Below, piece after piece: positions 1-10,309 of a stretch of DNA of 64,000 nucleotides. Position numbers and translations under genes: made by a program. Below the pieces are notes generated by a model. It did not search any database. It was given only the letters and a program-made list of their open reading frames with translations, and was not told the origin of the DNA. Origin of the DNA: an uncultured delta proteobacterium (lineage in GTDB: Bacteria > Myxococcota > UBA727 > VGSZ01); assembly GCA_963775425.1 (NCBI GenBank), contig CAVZJB010000016.1, positions 160,001 to 224,000 on the forward strand, given 5' to 3'. The stretch's first letter is position 1, and each line of letters begins with the position of its first letter.

Positions 1-2
1 CG

Positions 3-758
3 TCACAGCCGCTGCCCCGGGCGCCAACGCAGGACCGCGTCGAGGTGCTCGTCGAACCACGCGTCGGCCTCCTTGGCCCCGGCGAAGAGCGCTTCATCCG
101 CGCGAAAGGCGCGCGAGTGGACCACGCGGCGGCCCCCGTGCGCGCGCTCCTCGCCGTGGACCTGGTGGAGCATCTCGTGGTGGACCACGCGCGCGACCGC
201 CAGGGCAGGGACGTCCCGCTGGTCGAGCACCGGGTGGATCACGATGCGGCGCGCGCGGGCGTCGTAGCTGCCGAAGGTGATGCTGCGGCGCTTCTTGCGC
301 GACGGCGAGCCGGCCTGGCCCCACCCAATCTCGGCGTCGACGACGCCCGCGAAGTAGTCGCGGTTGAGGCCGTCGTACATGGGCAGGAGGTCGTGAACGC
401 ATCCGCGGTGCGCGCCCTTCGGCAGCGGCTTCACCGCCATCTCGAGCAGGTGCTCCTGCGCGTCGACGAAGGCGTCGACGACCCGGCCGCTCTTCTTGTC
501 GCCGTGGGCGAGGAAGTGCCCGACGGCCTTGCGCACGGGCTCGGGCGCGTCGAGGAACATCTGGTGCGCGCGCACCGTGCGCACGCCGCCCTTGGTCGCC
601 TGCGACAGCAGCACCGTCCGGTTGTCCGTGATGACGACACGCGCCCCGGGCATGGCGTGCTGGATGGCGTCGACGAGGCGCTTGGTGCGCGAGACGGGCC
701 GCTCCGGGGCGGCGGGCGCGTCGAACGGGAGGGCGAGCTGGAAGAACGCCTTCGTCAC
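3..758 (-). CDS. SprT-like/M48-related zinc metallopeptidase domain protein
   Basis: HHEMLH (HExxH) followed by VHSRAF and a [14 protein letters not shown] segment; GTG start at 758 chosen instead of the ORF-track 830. Confidence 0.7.
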   Translation of the reverse strand: MTKAFFQLALPFDAPAAPERPVSRTKRLVDAIQHAMPGARVVITDNRTVLLSQATKGGVRTVRAHQMFLDAPEPVRKAVGHFLAHGDKKSGRVVDAFVDAQEHLLEMAVKPLPKGAHRGCVHDLLPMYDGLNRDYFAGVVDAEIGWGQAGSPSRKKRRSITFGSYDARARRIVIHPVLDQRDVPALAVARVVHHEMLHQVHGEERAHGGRRVVHSRAFRADEALFAGAKEADAWFDEHLDAVLRWRPGQRL

Positions 759-835
759 GGGCGGCAGCGTCGCACGAAAGCCGCGGCCGGGTCCACGCGG
801 TTGACACGGGCAGGCTCCGATCCGAGACAAAGCCC

Positions 836-2167
836 ATGTCGGATCCCGGCAGCACGCTGGCCCTCCTCACCATCATCCTCTTCTTCGCGGCGTTCGCCGT
901 GCTGGGCTTCGTCTACCTGCGCAAGAAGCGCGCGGAGCGGATCGACGTCCTCGCCCGGGAGCTCGAAAAGCCCGTCGAGGAGGACGCGCCGCAGTTGCCG
1001 GAGCCGGGCGCCGAAGCGCCCGTGCCCCGGCCGGCCACCTCGAGCCCGGAGGGCGCGCCCAAGGCCGACGCCCTCGCCGCCGCCGAGCGCGACGCGCTCC
1101 TCAAGCGCGCCCAGGAGGACGAGGCCCGCCGCGCCCGCGAGCGCCTCGAAAAGGACGAGGCCGACGCCGCCGCGATCGCGGAGGCCAAGGCCAGGGAGAC
1201 CAGCGCCGCGGCCGCCGCCGACGAGGCCCGCGCCCGCGCCAAGAACCTGCGCGTCGCCCTGAGCGCCACACGGGAAGGCATCGTCGGCAAGCTCCACAAG
1301 GCCATCGGCGGCAAGCAAATCGACGCCTCGGTGATGGACGACGTCGAGGCCGTGCTCTTCGGCGCCGACATCGGCGCGCGCACCGCCAACCGCCTCGTGG
1401 AGGCCGTGAAGCAGCGGCTGTCGGCGAAGGAGCTGTCGTCGCTCGACAAGGTCGAGGACACGCTGCGCGACGAGGCCAAGGGCATCCTCGCCGCCGTCGA
1501 GAACAAGCCGCTCGCGCTCGAGGGCGACAAGCCGCGGGTCATCCTCGTCCTCGGGGTCAACGGCTCGGGCAAGACCACCACCATCGGCAAGCTCGCGGCG
1601 CAGCTCAGGGCCGACGGCAAGAAGGTGCTCCTCGGCGCCGGCGACACCTTCCGCGCCGCCGCCGCCGAGCAGCTCGAGGTGTGGGCCAAGCGCGCCGACG
1701 TCCCCGTCGTCAGCGGCGCCGACGGCGCCGACCCCTCGAGCGTGCTGTTCGACGCCTGCAAGCGCGCGAAGACGGAGGGCTTCGACGTCGTCCTGTGCGA
1801 CACCGCCGGCCGCCTGCACACCAAGGTGAACCTCATGGAGGAGCTCAGGAAGGTGGCGCGCAGCATCGGCAAGGCCGTCGAGGGCGCGCCCCACGAGGTG
1901 CTGCTCGTCCTCGACGCCACCGTCGGCCAGAACGCCATCGCGCAGGCCAAGGAGTTCGGCGGGGCGGCGCCGCTCACGGGGATCGTGCTGACCAAGCTCG
2001 ACGGCACCGCCAAGGGCGGGGTCGTCCTCGGCATCATCGACGAGATGAAGGTGCCCGTCCGCTACATCGGTGTCGGCGAGAAGATCGGCGACCTGCGCCC
2101 GTTTTCGCCCGAGGACTTCCTGTCGGCCCTGTTCGCCGACGACGGCGCCCGCGCCGCCGCGGAGTGA
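836..2167 (+). CDS. ftsY: Signal recognition particle receptor FtsY with N-terminal TM anchor
   Basis: [41 protein letters not shown] motifs. Confidence 0.97.
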   Translation: MSDPGSTLALLTIILFFAAFAVLGFVYLRKKRAERIDVLARELEKPVEEDAPQLPEPGAEAPVPRPATSSPEGAPKADALAAAERDALLKRAQEDEARRARERLEKDEADAAAIAEAKARETSAAAAADEARARAKNLRVALSATREGIVGKLHKAIGGKQIDASVMDDVEAVLFGADIGARTANRLVEAVKQRLSAKELSSLDKVEDTLRDEAKGILAAVENKPLALEGDKPRVILVLGVNGSGKTTTIGKLAAQLRADGKKVLLGAGDTFRAAAAEQLEVWAKRADVPVVSGADGADPSSVLFDACKRAKTEGFDVVLCDTAGRLHTKVNLMEELRKVARSIGKAVEGAPHEVLLVLDATVGQNAIAQAKEFGGAAPLTGIVLTKLDGTAKGGVVLGIIDEMKVPVRYIGVGEKIGDLRPFSPEDFLSALFADDGARAAAE

Positions 2168-2222
2168 GCCGGCGCCGGGAGAGGGCCGGCGCGCCACGTC
2201 GGGGCTCTGCTAGATTCGCGGC

Positions 2223-3761
2223 ATGAGGCTCGGCAGCTACGAGGTCGTGCGCCCGCTCGGGTCCGGCGGGATGTCGGACGCGTTCCTCGCGCGTTCACCG
2301 ACGGGCCGCGTCGTCGTCCTCAAGCGTCCGCGCAGCTACGACCCGGAGCTCCTGGCGCGCATGCGCGACGAGGGCCGGCTCGGGGCGCGCATCTTCCACA
2401 CGAGCCTCGTCGAGACGCTCGACGCGTTCGAGCACGAGGGCCTGCCGGTGCTCGCGCTCGGCTTCGTCGAGGGCGTCACCGTCGACGAGCTGCGGCGCGC
2501 GGCGCCGCTGCCCGCGGGGGCGGTGGCGCGCCTCGGCTGCCAAATCGCCGAGGCGCTCGGCGCCATCCACGCGGCCCTCAGCGACGACGGCGGCCCGCTG
2601 CGCGCGGTCCATCGCGACGTCAGCGCGCGGAACATCCTCGTTACCCGGGACGGCGACGCGGTGCTCATCGACCTGGGCATCGCTCGCACCGACGAGCTGC
2701 GCGACGCGCGCACCGAGACGGGCATGGTGCTCGGGACGCTGCGTTACATGGCGCCGGAGCTCATCGACGGCGTACCGGCGTCGCCGGCGTCGGACTTCTA
2801 TTCGCTCGGCTGTGTGCTCATCGAGGCGGCCACGGGCGTGCCCGTCTTCACCGGCGTCCCGAGCGAGATCGCGGCCGCCATCGTCACCAAGGGCGCGATG
2901 GCGTCGGACGCCGCCAAGCGCATCGAGCCCCGGCTCGCCGCCGTCCTCACGCGCATGACGGCGATGTCGCCGGCCGCGCGCTTCCAGGAGGCGCACGAGC
3001 TCTCCGCCGCCCTGCGCGGCGTCGAGGACGGGCCGGCCAAAGGCGACCTCGGCCGCCGCGCGGCGCGCGCGATGGCGAAGGCCGAGGCCGCCGCCGCCGC
3101 CGCCGAGGCCGCCGGCCCGGCGCCGGCGCCCGTGTCGCTCGCGCAGGCGCCCGCGCCAATCGCGCCGCCGCCCGGGACGGGCGGAGGGACCACCGATGTC
3201 CTCGGCGCGACCGCTCCGTCCGTCGAGCCGTCGTCCCCTTCGCGGCCGTCCCCTTCGCCGCCGCCGTCGCTGTCGTCGCTGCCGCCGCCCGCCTCGTTCC
3301 CGCCGCCGCCGCCGTCGCTGGCCGGGCCGCTGGCGGGACCCATCGGCGTGCCGCGGCCAAACGACGCGCCGCTCGAGCTGGCGATGGCGCCGCGACCGCC
3401 GAAGAACCGCACCATCCAGGGCAGCAACGAGTGGTACCCGCGGCCGCAGCGCGACTACAGCGCGCTGGGCAACGCCCTCAAGACCGTCGTCGTCCTGGCG
3501 GTGCTCCTGGTGGGGGGCACGCTCGCGTGGCGCTGGTACGACGGAAAGCAGCAGCAGGAGACGCAGGACGCGCTCGAGCGCAAGGCCGAGCAGGAGGCGG
3601 GGCTCATCCGCAAGGCGCTGGCCGACACCGACGAGTGCCGCGCCGCGGGCGCGCTCTGGGCCTACAAGGACAAGCGCGGCCACGACGTCATCGTGGACTC
3701 GCTCGGCAAGGTGCCCAAGCGGTACCGAACGACCGCGCGCTGCGCGGTCCCCGCACACTGA
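2223..3761 (+). CDS. Membrane Ser/Thr protein kinase with Pro-rich linker, TM helix and small C-terminal domain
   Basis: LGSGGMS, VVLK, HRDVSARN, DLG, GTLRYMAPE; TM VVVLAVLLVGGTLAW. Confidence 0.9.
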   Translation: MRLGSYEVVRPLGSGGMSDAFLARSPTGRVVVLKRPRSYDPELLARMRDEGRLGARIFHTSLVETLDAFEHEGLPVLALGFVEGVTVDELRRAAPLPAGAVARLGCQIAEALGAIHAALSDDGGPLRAVHRDVSARNILVTRDGDAVLIDLGIARTDELRDARTETGMVLGTLRYMAPELIDGVPASPASDFYSLGCVLIEAATGVPVFTGVPSEIAAAIVTKGAMASDAAKRIEPRLAAVLTRMTAMSPAARFQEAHELSAALRGVEDGPAKGDLGRRAARAMAKAEAAAAAAEAAGPAPAPVSLAQAPAPIAPPPGTGGGTTDVLGATAPSVEPSSPSRPSPSPPPSLSSLPPPASFPPPPPSLAGPLAGPIGVPRPNDAPLELAMAPRPPKNRTIQGSNEWYPRPQRDYSALGNALKTVVVLAVLLVGGTLAWRWYDGKQQQETQDALERKAEQEAGLIRKALADTDECRAAGALWAYKDKRGHDVIVDSLGKVPKRYRTTARCAVPAH

Positions 3762-3767
3762 GCGAGC

Positions 3768-4166
3768 TCAGCCTTCGCCCTGGCGCTTCTGCTCGCGCTC
3801 GAGCTCTTCCTTGTACGTGACGCTGTAGCGCGTCCACGGACGGAGCTTGAGGCGGGCGTAGCCGATGGGCTCCTCGGTGCCTTCACACAGGCCGTAGGTG
3901 CCGTTCTTCACCTTGTCGAGCGCGCGCTCGACCTCCCGCAGCAGCTTGGCGTCGCGGTCCATCAGGCGGGTCTCGAGCGCGACCTCGGCGTCTTCGCTCG
4001 CCTGGTCGGCCTCGTCGCCGGTGCCCGCGCGTTGCTCGCCCTGCTGGCTGCCCGACCGGCGGTTCTTGAGCGCGGCCATGAGCTCTTCGCGCTTGGAGTG
4101 GAGCGCCGCGATGAGCTCCTTTTGCTGCGCGGGGGTCAGATCTCTTTCACGGGGACGGGCCGCCAT
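3768..4166 (-). CDS. dksA: DksA/TraR family transcription factor, one-Cys variant
   Basis: DEADQA coiled-coil tip (DxxDxA); ERALDKVKNGTYGLC..PIGYARL..RPW; GGAGG RBS upstream of ATG 4166. Confidence 0.88.
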   Translation of the reverse strand: MAARPRERDLTPAQQKELIAALHSKREELMAALKNRRSGSQQGEQRAGTGDEADQASEDAEVALETRLMDRDAKLLREVERALDKVKNGTYGLCEGTEEPIGYARLKLRPWTRYSVTYKEELEREQKRQGEG

Positions 4167-4194
4167 TGCGTGCCTCCATCTTGAGGGGCGCAGC

Positions 4195-4223
4195 AATATA
4201 GGGACGACCCGGGTCTACCGCAA
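4195..4223 (-). promoter_or_regulatory. Putative sigma70 promoter of dksA
   Basis: TTGCGG-N17-TATATT on the minus strand followed by a GC-rich discriminator (GCTGCGC). Confidence 0.55.
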
Positions 4224-4226
4224 GGA

Positions 4227-6158
4227 TCAGTCGATGTCTTCGAGGTAGGTGTAGCCGGCGAGGCCCTCTTCGTAGCGCCGCATGAAGGCGGCGGACTGCT
4301 CGAAGCTCATCCGGCCGGCCCGGACCGCCCGCTCGGCGGCCTGGCGCACCCGGCGCACGAGCTCTGCGCGGTCGTACTCGACGTACTCGAGGACCTCGCC
4401 GACGCGGTCGCCCTCGACGACGTGCTCGAGCTGGTAGCCGCGCCCGCCTTCGGGCAGGGCCACGTGCACCACGTTGGTGTCGCCGAAGAGGTTGTGGAGG
4501 TCCCCGAGGGTCTCCTGGTACGCCCCGACGAGGAACGCGCCGAGGAAATAGGGCTCGCCGTTCATGGCGTGCAAGCGAAGCGTGGGCTTGACGTCGCGCA
4601 GGTCGATGAAGTTGTCGACCTTGCCGTCGGAGTCGCAGGTGAGGTCGGCGAGGATGGCCTCGCGGTGCGGCTCCTCGTCGAGCCGGTGCAGCGGCACGAT
4701 GGGGAAGAGCTGGTCCACGGCCCATGAGTCCGGCAGCGACTGGAACACGGAGAAGTTGCAGTAGAAGGTGTCCGAGAGGGTCTTCTTCAGGCCCGCGAGG
4801 TCGTCGGGGACGTAGTCGAGCGCCTCCGTGGTGCGCTGGACCTTCTCGCAGACCGCCCAGAAGAGGTCCTCGACGCGCGCGCGGGTGCGCAGGTCGATGA
4901 CGCCGGCGGAGAAGAGCGTCTCGGCCTCGTCCTTGATGGTGACGGCGTCGTTGTAGCTCTCCTGGAACGTCTTGTTGTTGACGCCCTGGTACGCCTCCCA
5001 CATCGCCTCGATGGTGGCGTGCTCTCCCGCCGCGGGCTTCATGTCCGGCTGCACCTTGGGGTTGGCCATCTCGTTGGTGCCGAGGACGTTGAACACGAGC
5101 ACCGCGTGGTGCGCGACGAGCGCGCGGCCGGCCTCGGTGACGATGTTGGGGTGGGGGACCGAGGCCTGGTCGCAGGCGTCCTGGATCGCGGAGACGATGT
5201 CGGCCGCGTACTCCTGGTTCGAGTAGTTCCTCGACGAGTGGAAGTTGGTCTTGCTGCCGTCGTAGTCGACGGCGAGGCCGCCACCGACGTCGACGTAGTT
5301 CAGGTTCTCGGCGCCCATCTTCCGGAGGTCCTGGTAGACGCGCGAGGCCTCGCGGATGGCGTCCTTCACGGAGCGGATGGCGGTGATCTGCGAGCCGATG
5401 TGGAAGTGCAACAGCTCGAGGCAGTCGAGCATGTCGCGCTCGCGCAGCACGTCCACGGCGCGGCAGATCTCCGACGCCGACAGCCCGAACTTGCTGCGCT
5501 CGCCGCTCGACTCCTGCCACTTGCCGGCGCCCTTCGACGACAGGCGCGCGCGGATACCGATGTGCGGCCGCACGCCGAGGAGCCTGCCGAGCTGGAGCAC
5601 GAGCTCCAGCTCCGCGAAGCGGTCGAGCACGAGGAACGGCTTGAGGCCTATCTGTTGTGCCTGCAGCGCGGTCTCGACGTACTCGCTGTCCTTGTAGCCG
5701 TTGCAGATCAGGAGGCGCTCGTCGCCGTCGAGGAGCGACATGGCGACGAGGAGCTCGGCCTTGCTGCCCGCCTCGAGGCCGAGGTTGTACTTCTTGCCGG
5801 CGCGGACGAGCTCCTCGACGACGTGGCGCTGTTGGTTGACCTTGATCGGCATCACGCCGCGGTAGCTGCCCTGATAGCCGTATTCCTGAATGCGCGCGTT
5901 GAAGGCGCCGGTGAGGTCCGCGACGCGGCTCTCGAGGATGTCGTTGAAGCGCAGCAGGATCGGGGCATTGATCCCCCGCTTGCAGAGGTCGTCGACGAGG
6001 TCCTTGAGATCGATCTCGTCGCCACCGCCGTTCGGCTCGCCCCGCGGGCGGACCGTCAGGTGCCCGCGCTCGTTGACGCCGAAGTACGGGCTGCCCCAGG
6101 CGGGGATGTGGTACAGCTCGGCGCTGTCTTGCACGGTCCACCGTCAATCCATCGACAT
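4227..6158 (-). CDS. speA: Biosynthetic arginine decarboxylase; in-frame TGA at codon 5 (6146-6144), uninterrupted ORF from GTG 6134
   Basis: PIKVNQ PLP-lysine motif, LEAGSKAEL, HFHIGSQI, DVGGGL, DLTCDSDG, GAYQETLGDLHNLFG; AAGGAG RBS 8 nt before ATG 6158. Confidence 0.95.
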
Positions 6159-6251
6159 CTTGCGCACTCCTTCGCCGACGCTACGTCACACACTCACGCC
6201 GCGAACGCAAACCGTCATGCGCTAAGCTTCTTGTTGCCGGAGGAACCTCGC

Positions 6252-8009
6252 GTGCTCTCGCTGCCGTTGCTCTTTGCGCTCGCGCTCCCCCCCGACCCCT
6301 CCGCCGGCGCCGCCGTCGTCGAGGACCCACCTGTCTTCCCGTTGAAGGACATCAAGGCCGGCCTGCACGGCACGGGCTACACCGTCTTCGAGTCACGCAA
6401 GGGACTCGAGTCGTTCGACGTCGTCATCCTCGGGGTGATGCAGGGCTACCTCGGCCCCGGCGAGGACCTCATCATCGCGCGCCTCGAGGGCAAGCAGATC
6501 GAGCGCACCGGTGTCATCGCCGGCATGTCGGGCAGCCCCGTGTACATCGACGGCAAGCTCGTCGGCGCCGTCGGCTACCGCTTCGGCCAGTTCACCAAGG
6601 ATCCCATCGCGGGCATCACGCCCATCGAGCGCATGATGACGGCGGCGACGCCGTCGCCGCATCGCTCACCGGCGTCGCCGCGGGTGGCCGGTGCGATGAC
6701 GGCGTGGGGGCAGGGCGAGCCCATCGCCACCCCCATCAGCATCTCGGGGCTGTCGCCCGCCATCCTCGAAGCGTTCCGCCCCGAGCTGCAAAAGCGCGGC
6801 TTCGGGCCGGTGGTCGCCGCCGGCGGCGCCGGCTCCGCCCGCGATCACAAGCCGATGCGCCTGTACGCGGGCGGCCCCATCGCCGGCAACCTCATCGAGG
6901 GCGACATCAACATGGGCGCCATCGGCACGGTGACCTGGGTGAAGGGCGACCGCTTCCTCGCCTTCGGCCACCCCTTCCTCGGCACCGGCGAGACGTCGAT
7001 GCCCGTGGCCGACGCCGAGATCATCACCACCGTGGCGTCCGACGCCGGGAGCTGGAAGATGGGGCAGCCCACGGCGCCCGTCGGCATGCTCTCCGACAAT
7101 CGCCTGCACGCCATCGCCGGCACCATGGGGGAGACGCCGCCGCTCGTTCCGCTCACCGTCAAGATGGAGCTCGCCAGCCCTCGGCGCGCCGCCGACGCCA
7201 AGAAGATGCTGCGCTACCAGGTCTTTCAGCACGAGACCGACACGCCGCTGTTCGTCGCCATCGCGGTCGCCAACACGCTCGCCAACCGCGTCGCCGCGGA
7301 GAAGTCCGGCGGCACCGTCGACGTCACCCTCGACGCCAAGCTCGACACCGGAGACACGCTCCCCTACACGTTCCGCGCCGCCGACGAGGGGCAGGGCTTC
7401 GAGATGCCGGTGGCGTTCGGCGTGCTCGGCCTGCTGAACGCCGCCATCGACCAGGACTTCGTGAAGGCCAAGCTCGCCTCCGTCGACGTCACGGTGAAGA
7501 GCCGCTCCGTCGTCGACAAGGCCCGCGTGGTCTCCGTCGACGCCACCCGTCCGCTGGTCGCCGGCAAGCCAGGCGAGGTGCGGGTGCGGCTGCAGACGTG
7601 GCAGGGCCCCATCGTCGAAAAGCGCGTCGCGGTCCGCGTGCCCGCGGGCGTCTCGGCCGGCGCCTACCAGCTCGTCGCCGCCGGCCAGCAGGACGCCGCG
7701 CACGTCGAGAAAGAGGGCGGGCTCGTGCCGCTGTCCACCAACTTCAAGGGCTACCTGCAAAACCTCCTCGCGGCGCCGCCGCCGGGGTCGCTGTCGGTCT
7801 ACCTCGTCGCCGACGAGCCCTCTTTGCGCATCGAGGGGAAGCCCCTGCCGAACCTGCCGGCGTCGCTGCAGGGCCTGCTCGCCGACGGCGGCGGCCTCTC
7901 CGGCGGCACCGTCGAGGCCAAGGCCGCGCGCATCTCGCGCATCGTCGAGGACGGCGTCATCGTCGGCCAGAGCACCGCCAAGGTCCACGTCCGCGACGAC
8001 GACGAGTAA
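6252..8009 (+). CDS. Secreted SpoIVB peptidase S55-domain protein
   Basis: Signal peptide; GVIAGMSGSPVYIDGKLVGAV; GTVT..FLAFGHPF; GGAGG before GTG 6252. Confidence 0.85.
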   Translation: MLSLPLLFALALPPDPSAGAAVVEDPPVFPLKDIKAGLHGTGYTVFESRKGLESFDVVILGVMQGYLGPGEDLIIARLEGKQIERTGVIAGMSGSPVYIDGKLVGAVGYRFGQFTKDPIAGITPIERMMTAATPSPHRSPASPRVAGAMTAWGQGEPIATPISISGLSPAILEAFRPELQKRGFGPVVAAGGAGSARDHKPMRLYAGGPIAGNLIEGDINMGAIGTVTWVKGDRFLAFGHPFLGTGETSMPVADAEIITTVASDAGSWKMGQPTAPVGMLSDNRLHAIAGTMGETPPLVPLTVKMELASPRRAADAKKMLRYQVFQHETDTPLFVAIAVANTLANRVAAEKSGGTVDVTLDAKLDTGDTLPYTFRAADEGQGFEMPVAFGVLGLLNAAIDQDFVKAKLASVDVTVKSRSVVDKARVVSVDATRPLVAGKPGEVRVRLQTWQGPIVEKRVAVRVPAGVSAGAYQLVAAGQQDAAHVEKEGGLVPLSTNFKGYLQNLLAAPPPGSLSVYLVADEPSLRIEGKPLPNLPASLQGLLADGGGLSGGTVEAKAARISRIVEDGVIVGQSTAKVHVRDDDE

Positions 8010-8049
8010 CGGCGCCGTCGACGACCTCGCAAGGAACCGGAGAAGACAA

Positions 8050-10164
8050 GTGAAGCGAATCGCAGTCGTCCTCGTCGCCCTGGCCGCGGCCATGCCGGCG
8101 GCGGCCAGCCAGAGCCAGGTGCACGTCGTCGAGGGGTTGAAGGACCTGATGGACGGGGACCTCGACGGGGCCCGCATCTCCCCCGCCGGCGTCGTCACGG
8201 TCGCGCCGCAGACGTCGGTGATCGCCGAGGGGCTGACGGGCCCCGTGCTCGCCGTCGCCCGCGGCGGCGACGGGCAGCTCTACGCCGCCAGCGCCAGCCC
8301 CGGCCGCGTGTGGCGCATCGTCGACGGCAAGGCCCCCGAGTCCGTCTTCGAGACCGAAAAGCCGCTCGTCACCGCGCTCCTCCCCGTCGGCAAGGACAAG
8401 CTCGTGGCGCTCACCGCCCCCGACGGCGGCGCAGAGGTCATCGACCTCAAGACCAAGAAGCACGACACCGTGCTCGCCAAGGACGCCAAGATGCTCCTCG
8501 CGGGCGCGGTCCTCGACGGCACCGTCTACGCCGTCGGCGGCGGCGAAGAGGGCGTGTTGATGAAGCTCGCCCCGGGCGCCAAGGCCTTCGAGGTGCTCGC
8601 GCGCACCAAGGAGGCCCAGCTGCGCTCGGTGGCCGTCGGCCGCGTCGGGGGCGCGCTCAAGATCGTCGTGGGCGGCGGCGAAGAGGGCGTGGTCTACGAG
8701 GTCACCGCCGGCAAGGTGCGCGCGCTCGTCGACGCGGCGCCGTCGGAGATCACGTCGCTCGCGCTCGGCAGGGACGGCACCATCTACGCCGCCGCCGTCG
8801 ACGGCGAGGGCAAGCTCAGCAAGGGCGCCGTCAGCAAGGTCAAGGACGACGACGACAAGAAGGACAAGAAGGATCAGAAGGCGCGCAAGGTGAAGAGCGC
8901 CGAGATCTGGCGCATCGATCCGCACGGCCGCGCCACGGTGCTGTGGCAATCCAAGGACCACGGCGCGTACGCGCTGGCCCTCTATGATGGCGAGCTCGTC
9001 GCCGGCACCGGCCCCGAAGGGCGCATCTACGAGCTCGACCCGGCGGGAGGCCGCCCCGCGGGCATCCTCACGCGCATCAAGGATCACGACGAGGTCACCG
9101 CGCTCCTCGTCGACAAGACCGGCCTCGTGTTCGGCACCGCCCACGCCGCGGCGGTGGCGCGCGCGGCGTCGTCGAAGGCCGCGCGCGGGACGTACCTGAG
9201 CGGCGCGCTCGACGCGTCGGCGCTCGCCCGCTACGGCTCCGTCACCGCGCGCAGCCGCGGCTCCGTCGAGCTCTCGGTGCGCACCGGCAACACCAAGGAG
9301 CCCGACGACACGTGGTCGTCGTGGGCGTCGTCGCCGTCGGCGGCGCCGGCGGGCCAGTACGCCCAGGTGCGCGCGCAGCTCTCGGGCGCGGCGTCGCTCG
9401 AGGGCCTGACGCTGAGCTATCTCGTCGACAACCGCGCCCCCGACATCGACCGCGTCGAGGTGCTCGCGCCCGGCTGGAAGGTGATCGCGAGCCAACACGA
9501 CGCGTCCGAGACGCGCTCGGTGACGTTCAACGAGAAGCCCTTCGCCAAGTTCCTCGACCGTCGCGGCGGACAGAACCCCACGCTCGAGGACCGGCCCTTC
9601 GGCAAGCAGAGCTTCGACAGCGGCTACCGCACCGTCTACGCCTACGTCGAAGACGCCGACAAGGACGCGCTGCGCTACCGCTTCTTCCTCGGCAAGGTCG
9701 ACGCCGCCGGCGGCGTGAAGAAGTGGACGCCGCTCAAGGAGTGGTCCGACGAGCCGTTCGTGAGCTTCGAGGCGAGCCGCCTCGCCGACGGCGACTACAA
9801 GGTCAAGGTCGAGGTCGACGACCTCCCCACCAACGGCCCCGCCCGCAAGCTCACCGACGAGGACGTGAGCCCCGCGTTCGTGGTGAGCCACGCGCCGCCG
9901 CGCCTGTCGGGCGCGCAGGCCCGCCGGGACAAGAACGGCATCCACGTGAAGCTCGACGTCGCCGGCGCCCTGCCGCTCACCGTGGTCCGTTGCTCCGCCG
10001 GCGGCGACGACTGGGTGCCGCTCAATCCCAAGGACGGCATCATCGACGGGCCGCGCGAGAGCTTCGACGTCGAGCTCGACGCAGGCGGCAAGCTCGACGC
10101 GGTGTCCTGCGAGGTCTACGACGAGGCCTTGAACTTCAACCGCATCGACATCCCCGTGAGTTGA
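8050..10164 (+). CDS. Secreted beta-propeller (WD40/NHL-like) protein with C-terminal Ig/Fn3-like region
   Basis: Signal peptide; repeated beta-blade patterns (DGQLYAA, DGTVYAV, DGTIYAA); DGDYKVKVEVDD. Confidence 0.7.
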   Translation: MKRIAVVLVALAAAMPAAASQSQVHVVEGLKDLMDGDLDGARISPAGVVTVAPQTSVIAEGLTGPVLAVARGGDGQLYAASASPGRVWRIVDGKAPESVFETEKPLVTALLPVGKDKLVALTAPDGGAEVIDLKTKKHDTVLAKDAKMLLAGAVLDGTVYAVGGGEEGVLMKLAPGAKAFEVLARTKEAQLRSVAVGRVGGALKIVVGGGEEGVVYEVTAGKVRALVDAAPSEITSLALGRDGTIYAAAVDGEGKLSKGAVSKVKDDDDKKDKKDQKARKVKSAEIWRIDPHGRATVLWQSKDHGAYALALYDGELVAGTGPEGRIYELDPAGGRPAGILTRIKDHDEVTALLVDKTGLVFGTAHAAAVARAASSKAARGTYLSGALDASALARYGSVTARSRGSVELSVRTGNTKEPDDTWSSWASSPSAAPAGQYAQVRAQLSGAASLEGLTLSYLVDNRAPDIDRVEVLAPGWKVIASQHDASETRSVTFNEKPFAKFLDRRGGQNPTLEDRPFGKQSFDSGYRTVYAYVEDADKDALRYRFFLGKVDAAGGVKKWTPLKEWSDEPFVSFEASRLADGDYKVKVEVDDLPTNGPARKLTDEDVSPAFVVSHAPPRLSGAQARRDKNGIHVKLDVAGALPLTVVRCSAGGDDWVPLNPKDGIIDGPRESFDVELDAGGKLDAVSCEVYDEALNFNRIDIPVS

Positions 10165-10309
10165 TTGTGAGCGCGCTTCGCGCGCGGCTCCCTCTCGCCG
10201 CGTTCGAATCACGGGGCTTGACGTCGTCGACCACTCCGCGCGCCCGGGAGAGGCAGGGCGCCTCCCTGGAGCGGGTTGCGCGTCCGGCCTCGGGCCGCCA
10301 TCGGGGGGC

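Noticed and set aside
6110-6146. Selenocysteine reading of the speA UGA (ACAGC-GCCGA-GCTGT hairpin about 17-31 nt downstream)
   Set aside because: The position is in a variable N-terminal tail with no known Cys counterpart, and 5-bp hairpins are common at this GC content
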